Below are positions 10,810 to 20,803 of a DNA stretch of 64,000 bases, in pieces (position 1 is the first letter of the stretch; every line of letters begins with the position of its first letter). Made by a program: the position numbers and the translations under genes. This stretch comes from an uncultured delta proteobacterium (GTDB lineage Bacteria > Desulfobacterota > RBG-13-43-22): assembly GCA_963790475.1 (NCBI GenBank), contig CAWBOS010000001.1, positions 192,529 to 256,528 on the forward strand, read 5' to 3'. The notes below the pieces were generated by a model that was not told the origin of the DNA, did no database searches, and saw nothing but the letters and a program-made list of their open reading frames with translations.

Positions 10810-11074
10810 ACATTTTCCTTTCACATCGGATTGCTTTGCGACAACCGATTATTCGGATATTATCGTTTTTTTCGGTATACCAGACAACCAGAATCCTTCC
10901 TTTCGATGAAAGTTCGATATCAAGATATCGATCTTCTTCAATCGAATGAACAGGATCACCAATTGTGATGCAAACGGATCATTTGAAAATAGTTTTGGCT
11001 CCCTCAAAATCAACGCCGTGTTTTTTCAAGTTACGATTTGATTTATTTTTATTCCATTCAAAGGTTGATGCCAT
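10796..11074 (-). pseudogene. BrnT-family toxin with in-frame TGA (10981-10979)
   Basis: MASTFEWNKNKSNRNLKKHGVDFEGAKTIF...HSIEEDRY...RILVVWYTE...IRIIGCRKA; overlaps the antitoxin start. Confidence 0.75.
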
Positions 11075-11108
11075 ACATTATATCCTATTTTTATTGAATT
11101 TTGTATAT

Positions 11109-11395
11109 GGAATCTGGCCACGATAAGTTTTTGATTATTTAGCTTAAAAGTTCCAGAAATAGGCATTATCAGGGCCTATATCTTTTTCAATCTCAAAAAG
11201 AGCCTTATCGCGAATAGCTCCCGATCTGAGATCATTCACTCCGTCGTCTCCTACGACATTTCCCACCCTCAACTCTAAAGTCCAAGAGTGCGAAAAACGG
11301 TCTTTTTACCCTCCAAAAACGCATTATAGGCCACTTTTAAGAGATAGAGTTGACAGTATTCTTTCCCTAATCAAATACTTTGCGTGGCCCGACCC
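11109..11395 (+). mobile_element. Repeat family A, apparently full-length MITE (~285 bp)
   Basis: Right end CGTGGCCCGACCC is the exact reverse complement of the left end GGGTCGGGCCACG seen in the 13360 copy. Confidence 0.6.
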
Positions 11396-11994
11396 TCTTT
11401 GACCCTGTTTGGCATAGCGGTCTCTTCCGCACCACGTACCCTCGGGATGTCCGATCCAGTCGGTCTTCCAGAAAATTTATTTGTTCCTTGCCAGTCTAAC
11501 TGGTCTCACAGGACCTGTGGTTGTGAGCCAATCATATTTTAGCTCATGGCAGTGGCGGATGAGACGTCGAACGGTCTAGCCGGCTGTCATAGTCCAAAAC
11601 AAGATAGTACGTCAGTGCATCAAAGTCTCCCAATAAAGTTCAATATTGGGAAGCGGATGGTTATTATGGCTAATTGTGTCCATCTCATGGGGAATGGGAT
11701 TGATGATTTAACCAAAGAAGATTTAACAGCTCTTCCAGGAATCTTTTTAGCTAGAATTTAAATACAGCCTTGTTTTCAAGAAAATACGATATTGACACTA
11801 TTTGTTTATCCTGGAATTTCCGTTAAATTAGAAAATAATTTATTTCTAAGCAGAATGGGCGTTAGTTAGCAGTGTTTGAAAAGAGAAATGCGATTACGTC
11901 CGACGGCAATATCTCCAAGAAATGAGATTTGAGTGTTGGCGAAGGTCTGGGATGGCTTGGGGGCTTTAAATCGATTCAGTAAAGGGAACAAGTT

Positions 11995-12354
11995 ATGAAG
12001 GTATTGATTGTAGACGACGACCGGGCAATAGCCTCTTTTGCCCAATTTTTGTTGGAATATAAAGGGCATGAGGTAAGATTGGCTCTGAGTGGGGCGGAGG
12101 GGTATTTGATCTATCTTCAATTCCTTCCGGACCTGGTGATTACAGACATCCATATGCCTGGGGAGAGTGGGCTAGAACTGATAAATCACATCAGGGAGCA
12201 TGATCCCTTGGTAAAGACCATCTATATGAGTGGTGACTTGAATCATTTCTATCCCCTCCTTGAAGAAGAGAGGACAAAGTATCCCGTTAACTTTTTGGAG
12301 AAACCCTTTTCTGGAAAGGAATTGATCGGGCGGGTTTCCCAGTTCGCCCATTAA
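11995..12354 (+). CDS. Stand-alone response regulator receiver
   Basis: VLIVDDD, DLVITDIHMPGESG, MSG, LEKPF. Confidence 0.9.
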   Translation: MKVLIVDDDRAIASFAQFLLEYKGHEVRLALSGAEGYLIYLQFLPDLVITDIHMPGESGLELINHIREHDPLVKTIYMSGDLNHFYPLLEEERTKYPVNFLEKPFSGKELIGRVSQFAH

Positions 12355-12588
12355 GCAGACACGGATAAAAGTGGAGAAATACGGGCATACCTTTCCTTAA
12401 GATTTACAAAATTAATGACATGGTTTTTCTTCTGAAAGAGAGGAAAAGCCGAAACCATTCAGGTGGCGGAAGCCTTTAGGTTGGTTAAAGCAAATGAATG
12501 GTGCATAATGTTCACAAAAGCTTGAAAAGAATTTTATTCAAAATGGTCAACTCAGGTTAATACCCGGAAAGGAGAAAAAGCATAATAA

Positions 12589-13246
12589 TTGGAACAGAAA
12601 AAATTGGTGCTTTTTTTTTATGCCTGTTGGTGTTTATTCCTTTCCCTTTATGTGCAGCGGATGGCAATCCTCCAACTGAAACCCAAAACGGGGGATTTTT
12701 AGATAATCCGGAATCTTTATTTCTGGAATCGGAGGGGGATTTCGCCCCGGAACAAAAGTGGTTGGCCTATCCCTCGGGGTAAGCGATGGCTGGATGATGT
12801 TAGGGGACGGGACACGACATGATCTGGCACTGGTCTCAGTTTCGTATGGTCGGATGATCGGAAAGGTTAAAGGAATGGACCACTGGTATCAAGGCAACTG
12901 GGAACTCCGTGGGGAATTATTCGGCGGCATTCAGTTTGATCCGGAAACCCGCTCACTCGTAGGAGTGGCCCCGCACCTGCGATATCATTTTGCAACGGGC
13001 ACCCGCTTCATTCCTTATATCGATGTCGGGGCTGGCTTGTCTTTCACGGAAATCAGGGAACCGGACCTTGGCGGCCCTTTCGAATTTAACCTGCAGGCCA
13101 TCACCGGAGTGAATTATTTTTTGCGGAATAACCTGAGCATCAATATCGCCCTGCAATATCTTCACCTCTCGTCAGCCGGTATTTACAAACCCAATCATGG
13201 CATAAATGCGCTGGGCTGCTTTCTAGGTGTTCAGCGGTTTTTTTAG
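12589..13246 (+). pseudogene. Lipid A 3-O-deacylase PagL / acyloxyacyl hydrolase-like outer-membrane beta-barrel; signal peptide out of frame
   Basis: FEFNLQ, YLHLSSAGIYKPNHGIN (H-x-S), terminal Phe; the signal-like segment FFLCLLVFIPFPLCAA lies upstream in another frame. Confidence 0.65.
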
Positions 13247-13359
13247 AACTAAAAGTCCAAAGAGTAATGACCTGACCTTGGTCCAAGAGCTCATAGCTGA
13301 CAACTCATAGGGAAAGCAAGAGAAAAGATGAAAAGAACGACAGGTCCTTTTCCTTAAAT

Positions 13360-13525
13360 GGGGTCGGGCCACGACAACTTATTGATTCTCAGTTTTAAAC
13401 TTTTCAGAAATAGGCGTTTTTAGGGCCTATATCGTTTTTTTTAACCTCGAAAAGAGCCTTTTAAGGAGCGGCCCCGCTCTGAGATGATACCCTTCGCTGT
13501 CTTCTACGACCTTTCACCCTTTGGC
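13360..13525 (+). repeat. Repeat family A, truncated copy 3
   Basis: Starts GGGGTCGGGCCACGACAAC; similar to the 10352 and 11109 copies. Confidence 0.7.
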
Positions 13526-13534
13526 TTGGCAGGC

Positions 13535-13675
13535 TATTGATTGCCGGCCGATTGTCGGCTCCTCACCGGCAATCAATAAATCAGGTTGTCTCTGCGACTC
13601 TGAGAGCTCTGTGAGAGATAGGCCTTTGTCCGGTTGTAGTCGGTGTGAGTCTGTGGCAAAAAAACATTTGATAAA
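13535..13675 (+). repeat. Composite partial repeat (ATTGATTGCCGG...CCGGCAATCAAT hairpin of family C plus right end of family B)
   Basis: Matches 22873-22902 and 50303-50390 / 20680-20752. Confidence 0.65.
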
Positions 13676-13683
13676 CAACTAAT

Positions 13684-15603
13684 TTATAGACCCAACTTTT
13701 CGGCTACATCGGCCAGGCCGAACTTCTCCAGGGTCTGACGAGTCGGAATCCCTGTTTGCAGGTCCCAACCCATGATCTGATAATAGTCATCCTTCATTTT
13801 TTCCAGCTCGGCCTCGGAGAAACTTAGTTCGGGCATCAACTTCCCTTCGGGACGGATTCGATCATAGAACCCCTTGGACACCCGGTCATCGTTGCGGGAC
13901 AGGCCGCATTTACTGGTGAAGGCCCTTTCCAGGTTACGCATCCTCAACCCGGCTTCTATCAGGGCCTCGGCCTGAACGGAGGTGCCTGATCCCAGGGTCA
14001 TGAATTCAGCCATAACCGCCGCATCAACCGGCAGTCCGATAAAGGAGGTCATCCAGGTGCAGACGCCGGCAATATCCGCCATGTCGGTCCGCTCTTCATC
14101 CCGGCGAACCAGGGCGGCCTTACCTTCCGTAACCCGGGGATCGGCGGCCTCCCGGACGCCGACCTCTTTTTCCGCCCGATCCTTATATCGTTTTATCGCT
14201 TCATCAAAGGAGAGGTCATCTTTGGCCCGGACATATCTCCTGGCTGAAACGCTGTCCAGGAAAGGTTGTACCTGGGCATCTTCCCCGATGGCCGATACGG
14301 CACTGGCCAAGGCCCTGGTTTTAAGAGGGGCGACATGCATGTCGGAAGGCGAGCCCTTGGCGATGATCAAACAGTCTTCAGCGCCATTACCGATCTTCCT
14401 GGCCGCGGCCGGGAGCCCATCCGCCAGTAGATCTCCAATCCCTTCCCGATAAGTTATCTTTCGGGCCATGGGTAAAATGGCCTCCGGACTGCCCCAATCC
14501 ATAATCTGGCCGTCGGTATCCCTGGAAGAGATGATGCCTTTTTCATTTAATTCCATAAGCCAGGCAATGGTGTTAGACAAAGAACGGGCATCCAATCCGT
14601 ATCGCTGACATTCGACAAAGACCTTCCAGAAGAGCATCAGGTCGGGATTTTGTAAGTCCCAGGTCAAGTCCCCATAGGGACTGCACTTGGCCGTCCCGGC
14701 TCCCACCCCCAGAATATTATAGGAATCAAAACAGGCCACCGGGCAGGCGAAACATCCCACTCGGTTGTGGAGGTGTTTCTTTAAAAAATCCCCTTCGCAG
14801 ATTGTCGTGCATTCCTCGGTGGCGTTTTCCAAAAGCTCGTAGAGGGACCGCATCTCCCGGTCGTGAATCCGGGTCAGCCCGGCCTCATGAAGGTCGTTAT
14901 AAAAATGGGCTTCCCGGATAGAGGCCAGCAGTGCCCGACACCCTTCCAAAAACTCCCAGGGCTGAGCCACCTTGATCCCCTGCGTTCCCCGCGCGGCAAT
15001 GGCCTTCAGGTTCTTTGAACCCATAACCGCACCCATCCCGGTTCTGGCGGCCGCGTTACCCGTACCCGAATTAATCGAGGCATAGACCACCAGCCTCTCC
15101 CCTGCCGGCCCGATAGATACCACCTTGGCCGCCGGGTCCCGCAATTCCTGCCTCACCATTTCCGGCGTCTCATAGGTGTCATGGCCCCAGATCGCCGAGG
15201 CATCGCGGATCTCCACTCGATCGTCCCGAATGGACAAATAAACCGGTTCTTCAGCCTTCCCTTCAATCACCAGATGGTCATACCCGGCGAATTTCAACTC
15301 CGAACTCAGGTATCCGCCCATGCCCGAATCGCCCAAGGCCCCGGTCACCGGTGATTTGGCCATTACATCCGTCCGACAGGCCCCGGGAAAGGGTGTGCCG
15401 ACCAGAGGGCCAGCTCCAAAGATAAGGAGATTGTCCGGGTCCAGGGGCTTCGTGGCCTGCCCGACGCCGTCAAAAAGGATCTTGAGGTTGATGGCCTTGC
15501 CGCCGGTGAAGCGCTCCGCATAAGGTTCGACCGGCTCGCGGCGAATCTTCCCCTCTGTTAAATCGACTCTAAGAATCCAGCCTCCCCGCAGGTATCCCAT
15601 CAT
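13684..15603 (-). CDS. aor: Aldehyde:ferredoxin oxidoreductase (tungsten AOR/WOR family)
   Basis: ILRVDL, KSPVTG, SIGPAGE, RTGMGAVMGSKNLKAI, GCFACPVAC, YYQIMGWD..TGIP. Confidence 0.9.
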   Translation of the reverse strand: MMGYLRGGWILRVDLTEGKIRREPVEPYAERFTGGKAINLKILFDGVGQATKPLDPDNLLIFGAGPLVGTPFPGACRTDVMAKSPVTGALGDSGMGGYLSSELKFAGYDHLVIEGKAEEPVYLSIRDDRVEIRDASAIWGHDTYETPEMVRQELRDPAAKVVSIGPAGERLVVYASINSGTGNAAARTGMGAVMGSKNLKAIAARGTQGIKVAQPWEFLEGCRALLASIREAHFYNDLHEAGLTRIHDREMRSLYELLENATEECTTICEGDFLKKHLHNRVGCFACPVACFDSYNILGVGAGTAKCSPYGDLTWDLQNPDLMLFWKVFVECQRYGLDARSLSNTIAWLMELNEKGIISSRDTDGQIMDWGSPEAILPMARKITYREGIGDLLADGLPAAARKIGNGAEDCLIIAKGSPSDMHVAPLKTRALASAVSAIGEDAQVQPFLDSVSARRYVRAKDDLSFDEAIKRYKDRAEKEVGVREAADPRVTEGKAALVRRDEERTDMADIAGVCTWMTSFIGLPVDAAVMAEFMTLGSGTSVQAEALIEAGLRMRNLERAFTSKCGLSRNDDRVSKGFYDRIRPEGKLMPELSFSEAELEKMKDDYYQIMGWDLQTGIPTRQTLEKFGLADVAEKLGL

Positions 15604-16109
15604 CGTCCTCCTTTTCCCGGGACACTATCCGTCAGCCCTTCCGCTTCCAAAATGCCGGCCAGCCTTTCAACCCTTTTCGGATTGCCGGTCCGGTCATTGT
15701 CCTCCAGGGTTAAACAATCCGAATGGCACAAGGAAATACATTGAGGCCGGCCCTGGCACAGGTCACAGGAGATGAGCAGATTGGTCAGTTGGTCCAGGGA
15801 AATACACCCCGCCGGACAGGCCTCGACACACATCCCGCACCCGGTGCATTTCTCTTGATCAAAGGTTAAAGGGGAGCCCTCGTTTTCGCGCCAAATGGCT
15901 TCGGTCGGACAGGCCTCCAGGCAAGAGGCTTGCCGGCACTGCTGGCAAACCAGGGGCAGGGAAAAAACCAGCCCGCCTCTCTCCCGACGGATTACGCGAA
16001 TGGCCGACTTTTCAGGGTTGCACTCCCCAAAATGATAAAGCGAACAGACCACTTCACAGGTTCGGCAACCCGTGCATACGGAATGATTTACAGCGATGAA
16101 TGGTGACAT
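15600..16109 (-). CDS. 4Fe-4S dicluster electron-transfer subunit of AOR
   Basis: Four Cys clusters (CTGCRTCEVVC, CQQC...CPT, CTGCGMCVEACP, CDLC...C); 4-bp overlap with aor. Confidence 0.9.
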   Translation of the reverse strand: MSPFIAVNHSVCTGCRTCEVVCSLYHFGECNPEKSAIRVIRRERGGLVFSLPLVCQQCRQASCLEACPTEAIWRENEGSPLTFDQEKCTGCGMCVEACPAGCISLDQLTNLLISCDLCQGRPQCISLCHSDCLTLEDNDRTGNPKRVERLAGILEAEGLTDSVPGKGGR

Positions 16110-16468
16110 GATCGATCCCCCTTTATGGGAACTGGATAAGGAAAAATAATTTGGAAAGGATATTTAGACTAAACGAAACGCTTAATCGTTATTTTAAAAA
16201 CTCAAAAAAAAAATTTTCCAATAAGCATGGGACCGAAGCCAATAATCCAGTTTCAAACCAGCCGTCGTCTTAGATTAAGATGATTTAGAAAATCGGATTT
16301 GTCAAGGCCAAACGGGAAAGGCCGGGCCCCCATCATCCTTCAATTTCATTGACCTCGGTGTTCCTTTAATTTATACTCCTACCATTAAAAAGGTCTATTA
16401 AAAACATCAAGAAGATTCAAAGAAGTTACCCTAAGCCCTTTTTTGGATTAAACATCCTGGAGGAAAAA

Positions 16469-17659
16469 TTGAATATCGATTACACCGGCCTGCCCAACGG
16501 CAGATTTACTGTTCAGGCCCAGGAGTCCATTGTTTTCGGTCAACCGGCTGGCAAGGCCCTTTTGACTGAGGCCGAACGTTACGGTTCGAAGCGGGTATTT
16601 GTGATCTCGACCGGCTCGTTGGGTCGTCTGGAAAAAGGTCCGCTGCAGGGGATCCTTTCTGACCTGGGGTCTCGTCTTGTTGGAACCTACACGGCGATCC
16701 GGGCCCACAGCCCCCGCGAAGACGTCATCGCCGCGGCTACCGCCGCCCGCACTGCCAAGGCGGATTTATTGGTCGCCGTCGGCGGCGGCTCGGTGATTGA
16801 TGCCACCAAGGCGGTACAGATGTGTCTGTGGCTCGGGCTCACCAGCGTGGAATCGATGGAGCCTTATCGCGGAGGCGCCGCGGCCGACATCCGCCGCAAA
16901 ATCGAACCGCCGGAAAATCCGATCCGCATGGTCTCCGTCTCGACTACGCTTTCGGCCTCGGAGTTCACCTCCACCTCCGGCGTTACCGATACCAAGGCCA
17001 ATGCCAAGCAGTCCTTTACTTATCGTTTGCTGGTGCCCCGTTCGGTCATTCTCGACCCGGCGGCGACGCTCAATACACCGGAGTGGCTTTTATTCTCCAC
17101 CGGCATCCGCTCGGTGGATCATGCGGTGGAGTCCTATTGCTCGCCCCTGGCCAACCCGGCGACCGAGGTCCTCTCCCTCCAGGGCCTTCGCCTGCTTTCC
17201 CGGGCCCTTCCCAGGATCAAGGCCGAACCGCATAGCCTCAAAGCCCGGCTCGATGCCCAGTTCGGCATGTGGCAGGCCATTGCCGGCTCCGCGGCCGGTG
17301 CCGGTTCGGGTGCCAGTCACGGCATCGGTTATGTACTGGGGGCGACATTCGGCGTGGCCCACGGTCATACCTCCTGCGTCATGCTGCCGGCCGTGTTGCG
17401 CTGGAACTCGGCCGTTAACCAAGATCGCCAGCGGGGGCTGTCTGAAGCCATGGGATCGCCCCAAAAACCGGCGGCGGACCTCGTGGCCGAGTTGATCGCT
17501 TCCCTTGACCAGCCAGGGTCTTTACGGGCCGTGAATATCAAGCGTGAGAACTTCGATGAGATCGCCGAACGGGCCATGACCTACGGGCCGGTGCGGATGA
17601 ACCCGAGGCCGATCAAGAGTCCGGCCGATGTGAAGGAAATTCTCGAACTCGCCTGGTGA
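16469..17659 (+). CDS. Iron-containing alcohol dehydrogenase (maleylacetate-reductase-like)
   Basis: VAVGGGSVIDATK, TTLSASE, DHAVE, SHGIG...HG, NPRP. Confidence 0.9.
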   Translation: MNIDYTGLPNGRFTVQAQESIVFGQPAGKALLTEAERYGSKRVFVISTGSLGRLEKGPLQGILSDLGSRLVGTYTAIRAHSPREDVIAAATAARTAKADLLVAVGGGSVIDATKAVQMCLWLGLTSVESMEPYRGGAAADIRRKIEPPENPIRMVSVSTTLSASEFTSTSGVTDTKANAKQSFTYRLLVPRSVILDPAATLNTPEWLLFSTGIRSVDHAVESYCSPLANPATEVLSLQGLRLLSRALPRIKAEPHSLKARLDAQFGMWQAIAGSAAGAGSGASHGIGYVLGATFGVAHGHTSCVMLPAVLRWNSAVNQDRQRGLSEAMGSPQKPAADLVAELIASLDQPGSLRAVNIKRENFDEIAERAMTYGPVRMNPRPIKSPADVKEILELAW

Positions 17660-17673
17660 GAATTAGATGCTTT

Positions 17674-18078
17674 TTATTTGGGCTTTTCGAGTAACTCGAT
17701 CATCATTCCCCGGGCGGACTTGGGGTGAATGAATACATTAGCCCCTTTGGCTCGCGCTTCGGCCTCGGCGTTGATGAGGCGGATACCTTTCTTCTGTAAG
17801 GTCTGAATGGTTTCCTCCAGATTCTCGACTTCCCAGGCCATCATATAGACCCCCTCACCGCGGTTCTTAAGGAATTGCGCCAACGGCCCTTTATCGGGAT
17901 CCAACGGTTCAATGAATTCAATAAAAGCGTCCCCCAGGGGGAGCAAAGCATTGCGAATCCCCATCTCAGGCATCTCACCCGATCTGGATGGGGTAAGGCT
18001 GAAATTTTCCGAAAATTCTTTCACCGCATCATCAACACTTTTGACCGCGACATGGACGGCCCTGATTCTGCTAAACAT
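17674..18078 (-). CDS. VOC family protein (methylmalonyl-CoA epimerase-like)
   Basis: IEFIEP, FLKNRGEG, FIHPKSARGMMIEL; the usual His metal ligands are not clearly conserved. Confidence 0.8.
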   Translation of the reverse strand: MFSRIRAVHVAVKSVDDAVKEFSENFSLTPSRSGEMPEMGIRNALLPLGDAFIEFIEPLDPDKGPLAQFLKNRGEGVYMMAWEVENLEETIQTLQKKGIRLINAEAEARAKGANVFIHPKSARGMMIELLEKPK

Positions 18079-18215
18079 CGGCTTCTCCTTATTCTGAGGT
18101 TTATCCTGATGCTATTTTTTACTCTCAAAATATGGAAGGCGGAAGAGGAAAGTCTCCTTTATTCCCATAAACTCTTTGGCACTCCCAACTTGTATCCCTT
18201 CATCAAGTCTTCATG

Positions 18216-18665
18216 TTATGGTAAATGTTCCAGATCCTCTAAGTCTTTATGTCTGCCGGCTGCGTTTTTATTTTTTTTTAGGTCCTGAAGAGAAATAAGA
18301 TTTATTTGAATCCCTTCAATCTCAACAAGTTCCCGATTAGAGTAACATTCATTGAAATCCACTCCAGAGGCGCTGGTGATTATTTCAAGCCGTACCGGAG
18401 GAACACCCATCCGAATTACTTTGTTCGTTTCTATGAATAGTTTTTCTGAAAGATCTTCTACGGGCACCCCAAAATCATGAAAGGCTGCGGCAACTTTTTT
18501 AGAATTAGGTTCGCTTATTTCAATCCAAATGTCCATATCACCGGTTGCCCGCGGGTATCCATGGTAACCCACAGCGTAACCTCCGACAAGAAGATACCGG
18601 ACATCATGTAAGTTCAGCAACCTCAAGAAATCTTTGAAGTCTGGATGTAACTCTATCTTGGCCAT
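18216..18665 (-). CDS. Nucleotidyltransferase-fold protein (putative TA component)
   Basis: LLVGGYAV..HG.PRATGDMDI...NK.AAGR.KDLED. Confidence 0.8.
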   Translation of the reverse strand: MAKIELHPDFKDFLRLLNLHDVRYLLVGGYAVGYHGYPRATGDMDIWIEISEPNSKKVAAAFHDFGVPVEDLSEKLFIETNKVIRMGVPPVRLEIITSASGVDFNECYSNRELVEIEGIQINLISLQDLKKNKNAAGRHKDLEDLEHLP

Positions 18666-18804
18666 AAACCATCCTTCTATTAATCTCGATAGCTTCAATT
18701 CGTTCAATGGGGGTTTTTGCTATCCAATATCTCTTTTCTTCTTCGATGTCATTTAGACGGGTAACCTCAATCTTTTTTTTATCAAGACGTGGAAGTTTAT
18801 CCAT
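18604..18804 (-). CDS. Small hypothetical partner of the nucleotidyltransferase
   Basis: 66 aa, YW..KTPIERIEAIE..R motif, GGAGG RBS, overlaps the downstream gene. Confidence 0.7.
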   Translation of the reverse strand: MDKLPRLDKKKIEVTRLNDIEEEKRYWIAKTPIERIEAIEINRRMVYGQDRVTSRLQRFLEVAELT

Positions 18805-19029
18805 GTAGCCTGTCCTCCAGAATTTATTCCCGCTACAACAAGTGTAACTTATTATAAAAGATAAATATTTTCTTTACAATTCATTTTTCAAGATTAGTCC
18901 CGGAAGTCCTTCCTGAGTTTTAGCCGCCGCAGGTCAAGAAAAAATCTGTCGTTGAGGTGGTGCTTGTATTGAATCCTTTCTTTTGTTATCATCCGCAGAA
19001 TTGTTAAGATAAACGGAAATGGAATATAG

Positions 19030-20502
19030 ATGCCGGAACCTTTCCTGAAAGAACAGGATCAGCAGTCAACTTCTCTCCTGCGAGTGCTGGCTGAAGAAGT
19101 ATTTTCACGAACAGCCGGGGCAGCTTTGCAACCGGGCAACAAAATCAAAATCCTGAAAGACGCCAAAGAGAATTACCCGGCCTGGATCGAGGCCATTTCC
19201 GCCGCAAAAAAGTACATCCATTTTGAATCCTACATTATATTTGAGGATGATATCGGCAATCAATTCGCGGACCTCCTGATCGCTAAAGCCGTGGAGGGGG
19301 TAAAGGTTCGGGTCATATATGACTGGTTGGGAGCGGTGCACAAGACCTCTCGGCATTTCTGGAGCAGACTCAGAACCGCCGGAGTGGAGGTGCGATGTTT
19401 TAATCCTCCCCGAATCGACAGCCCCCTCGGATGGCTTACCAGAGATCACCGAAAGATGATTTCCGTAGATGGACGCCTCGCTTTTGTTACCGGCCTGTGT
19501 GTGGGACAAAAGTGGGTTGGATATCCGGAGCGGTCGATTGAACCCTGGCGCGATACGGGTTTGGCAGTTGAGGGCCCGGCAGTGGCTGATATAGACCTGG
19601 CCTTTGCCGAAGTATGGGGGGCAACGGGTGAACCGCTCCCGGAGAACGAACTGGTAGAGCCGGAGGCCATTCCCGCGGCAGGCCGTATTGCCGCGCGGGT
19701 AGTAGCCAGTTTGCCTAACACAGCCGGCCTTTATCGACTCGATCAGCTGATTGCCGCCCTGGCCTGCAACTCCTTGTGGCTCACCGATGCCTATTTCGTC
19801 GGGGCAACCCCCTATATTCAAACGCTGCGGTCGGCGGCCCTTGATGGCGTGGACGTGCGGCTGCTGGTCCCCGGAAGTACGGATATTCCTGTTCTGCGCG
19901 CCATATCCAGATCAGGCTATTATCCGCTTCTCGAGGCCGGCGTCAGGGTCTTTGAATGGAACGGTCCGATGATGCACGCCAAAACGGCGGTCGTGGATGG
20001 GCGATGGGCGCGAGTAGGATCAACAAACCTCAATTTGGCGAGTTGGTTCGGAAACTACGAACTGGACATCGCTATTGAAGATGAGGGTTTTGCCCAGGCG
20101 ATGGAGGAAATGTTTCTGGAGGATTTGACCCGGACGACTGAAATCGTTCTGAGCGAACATAGAGTCCGCCCGGCGCAAAAAAATCCACGATGGTCCCAGA
20201 CGCGAAAAAAATTGGGTACAGGGAGTGTGAGCCGCGCAGGGGTCGGCGCGATTCGCCTCGGGAGCGCGGTAGGCGCCGCGATCACCAACCACAGGATACT
20301 GGGTCCGACGGAAGCCAAAATAATGCTTTTCATAAGCATCATTCTTCTTGTCCTCTCGGCCATCTCCGTAATTTGGCCGAGGGTGATCACCATCCCGGCC
20401 GCGTTTTTCGGTACCTGGTTGGCCATTTCTCTGGGGATCAGGTCCTATAAACTGTATATCAAGCGGACTCGGACGAGGGAGGAACTGTCGGACAAGGAAT
20501 GA
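19030..20502 (+). CDS. cls: Cardiolipin synthase / phospholipase D family
   Basis: Two HKD motifs ([20 protein letters not shown]); C-terminal TM helices. Confidence 0.85.
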   Translation: MPEPFLKEQDQQSTSLLRVLAEEVFSRTAGAALQPGNKIKILKDAKENYPAWIEAISAAKKYIHFESYIIFEDDIGNQFADLLIAKAVEGVKVRVIYDWLGAVHKTSRHFWSRLRTAGVEVRCFNPPRIDSPLGWLTRDHRKMISVDGRLAFVTGLCVGQKWVGYPERSIEPWRDTGLAVEGPAVADIDLAFAEVWGATGEPLPENELVEPEAIPAAGRIAARVVASLPNTAGLYRLDQLIAALACNSLWLTDAYFVGATPYIQTLRSAALDGVDVRLLVPGSTDIPVLRAISRSGYYPLLEAGVRVFEWNGPMMHAKTAVVDGRWARVGSTNLNLASWFGNYELDIAIEDEGFAQAMEEMFLEDLTRTTEIVLSEHRVRPAQKNPRWSQTRKKLGTGSVSRAGVGAIRLGSAVGAAITNHRILGPTEAKIMLFISIILLVLSAISVIWPRVITIPAAFFGTWLAISLGIRSYKLYIKRTRTREELSDKE

Positions 20503-20507
20503 TCTCT

Positions 20508-20752
20508 TTTTTTTGCCACAGACAACTGCAGGACAGGAGTAAGACGACTTGTCTTCCTCCTACCGTCAGGCCCTGCGGGCGTAAATTCTATCCTCTCAAC
20601 CGCAATGAAAAAAGCGAAGTCTAAATTTTGATCTTTGAGTTTTTCTATCAGCTATGAGCTTTGAGCTATTGGCTCCTTTCTCTGCGTCTCTGAGAGCGCT
20701 GTGAGAGAGGTGCCTTTGTCCGGCTTTTGTCTGAGCGAGTCTGTGGCAAAAG
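20508..20752. repeat. Repeat family B MITE (TIR TTTTGCCACAGAC / GTCTGTGGCAAAA)
   Basis: 13-bp terminal inverted repeats; longer copy at 49845-50390. Confidence 0.75.
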
Positions 20753-20803
20753 GCATTTTAAAAACAGCTATAATGTTACGGAAGTCTTTATTTCAATATC
20801 CAA

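Noticed and set aside
11546-11761. 71-aa ORF
   Set aside because: No RBS or motif support
12360-12510. c-di-GMP riboswitch next to the response regulator
   Set aside because: Lacks the class I GGCAAAC..GAAA..GCAAAG and class II GGGCACTT..GTGCAAC consensus
10352-13525. Family A repeats as a CRISPR array or integron attC sites
   Set aside because: Units are ~165-285 bp with gene-sized spacing; no cas or intI; no clear RYYYAAC/GTTRRRY boxes
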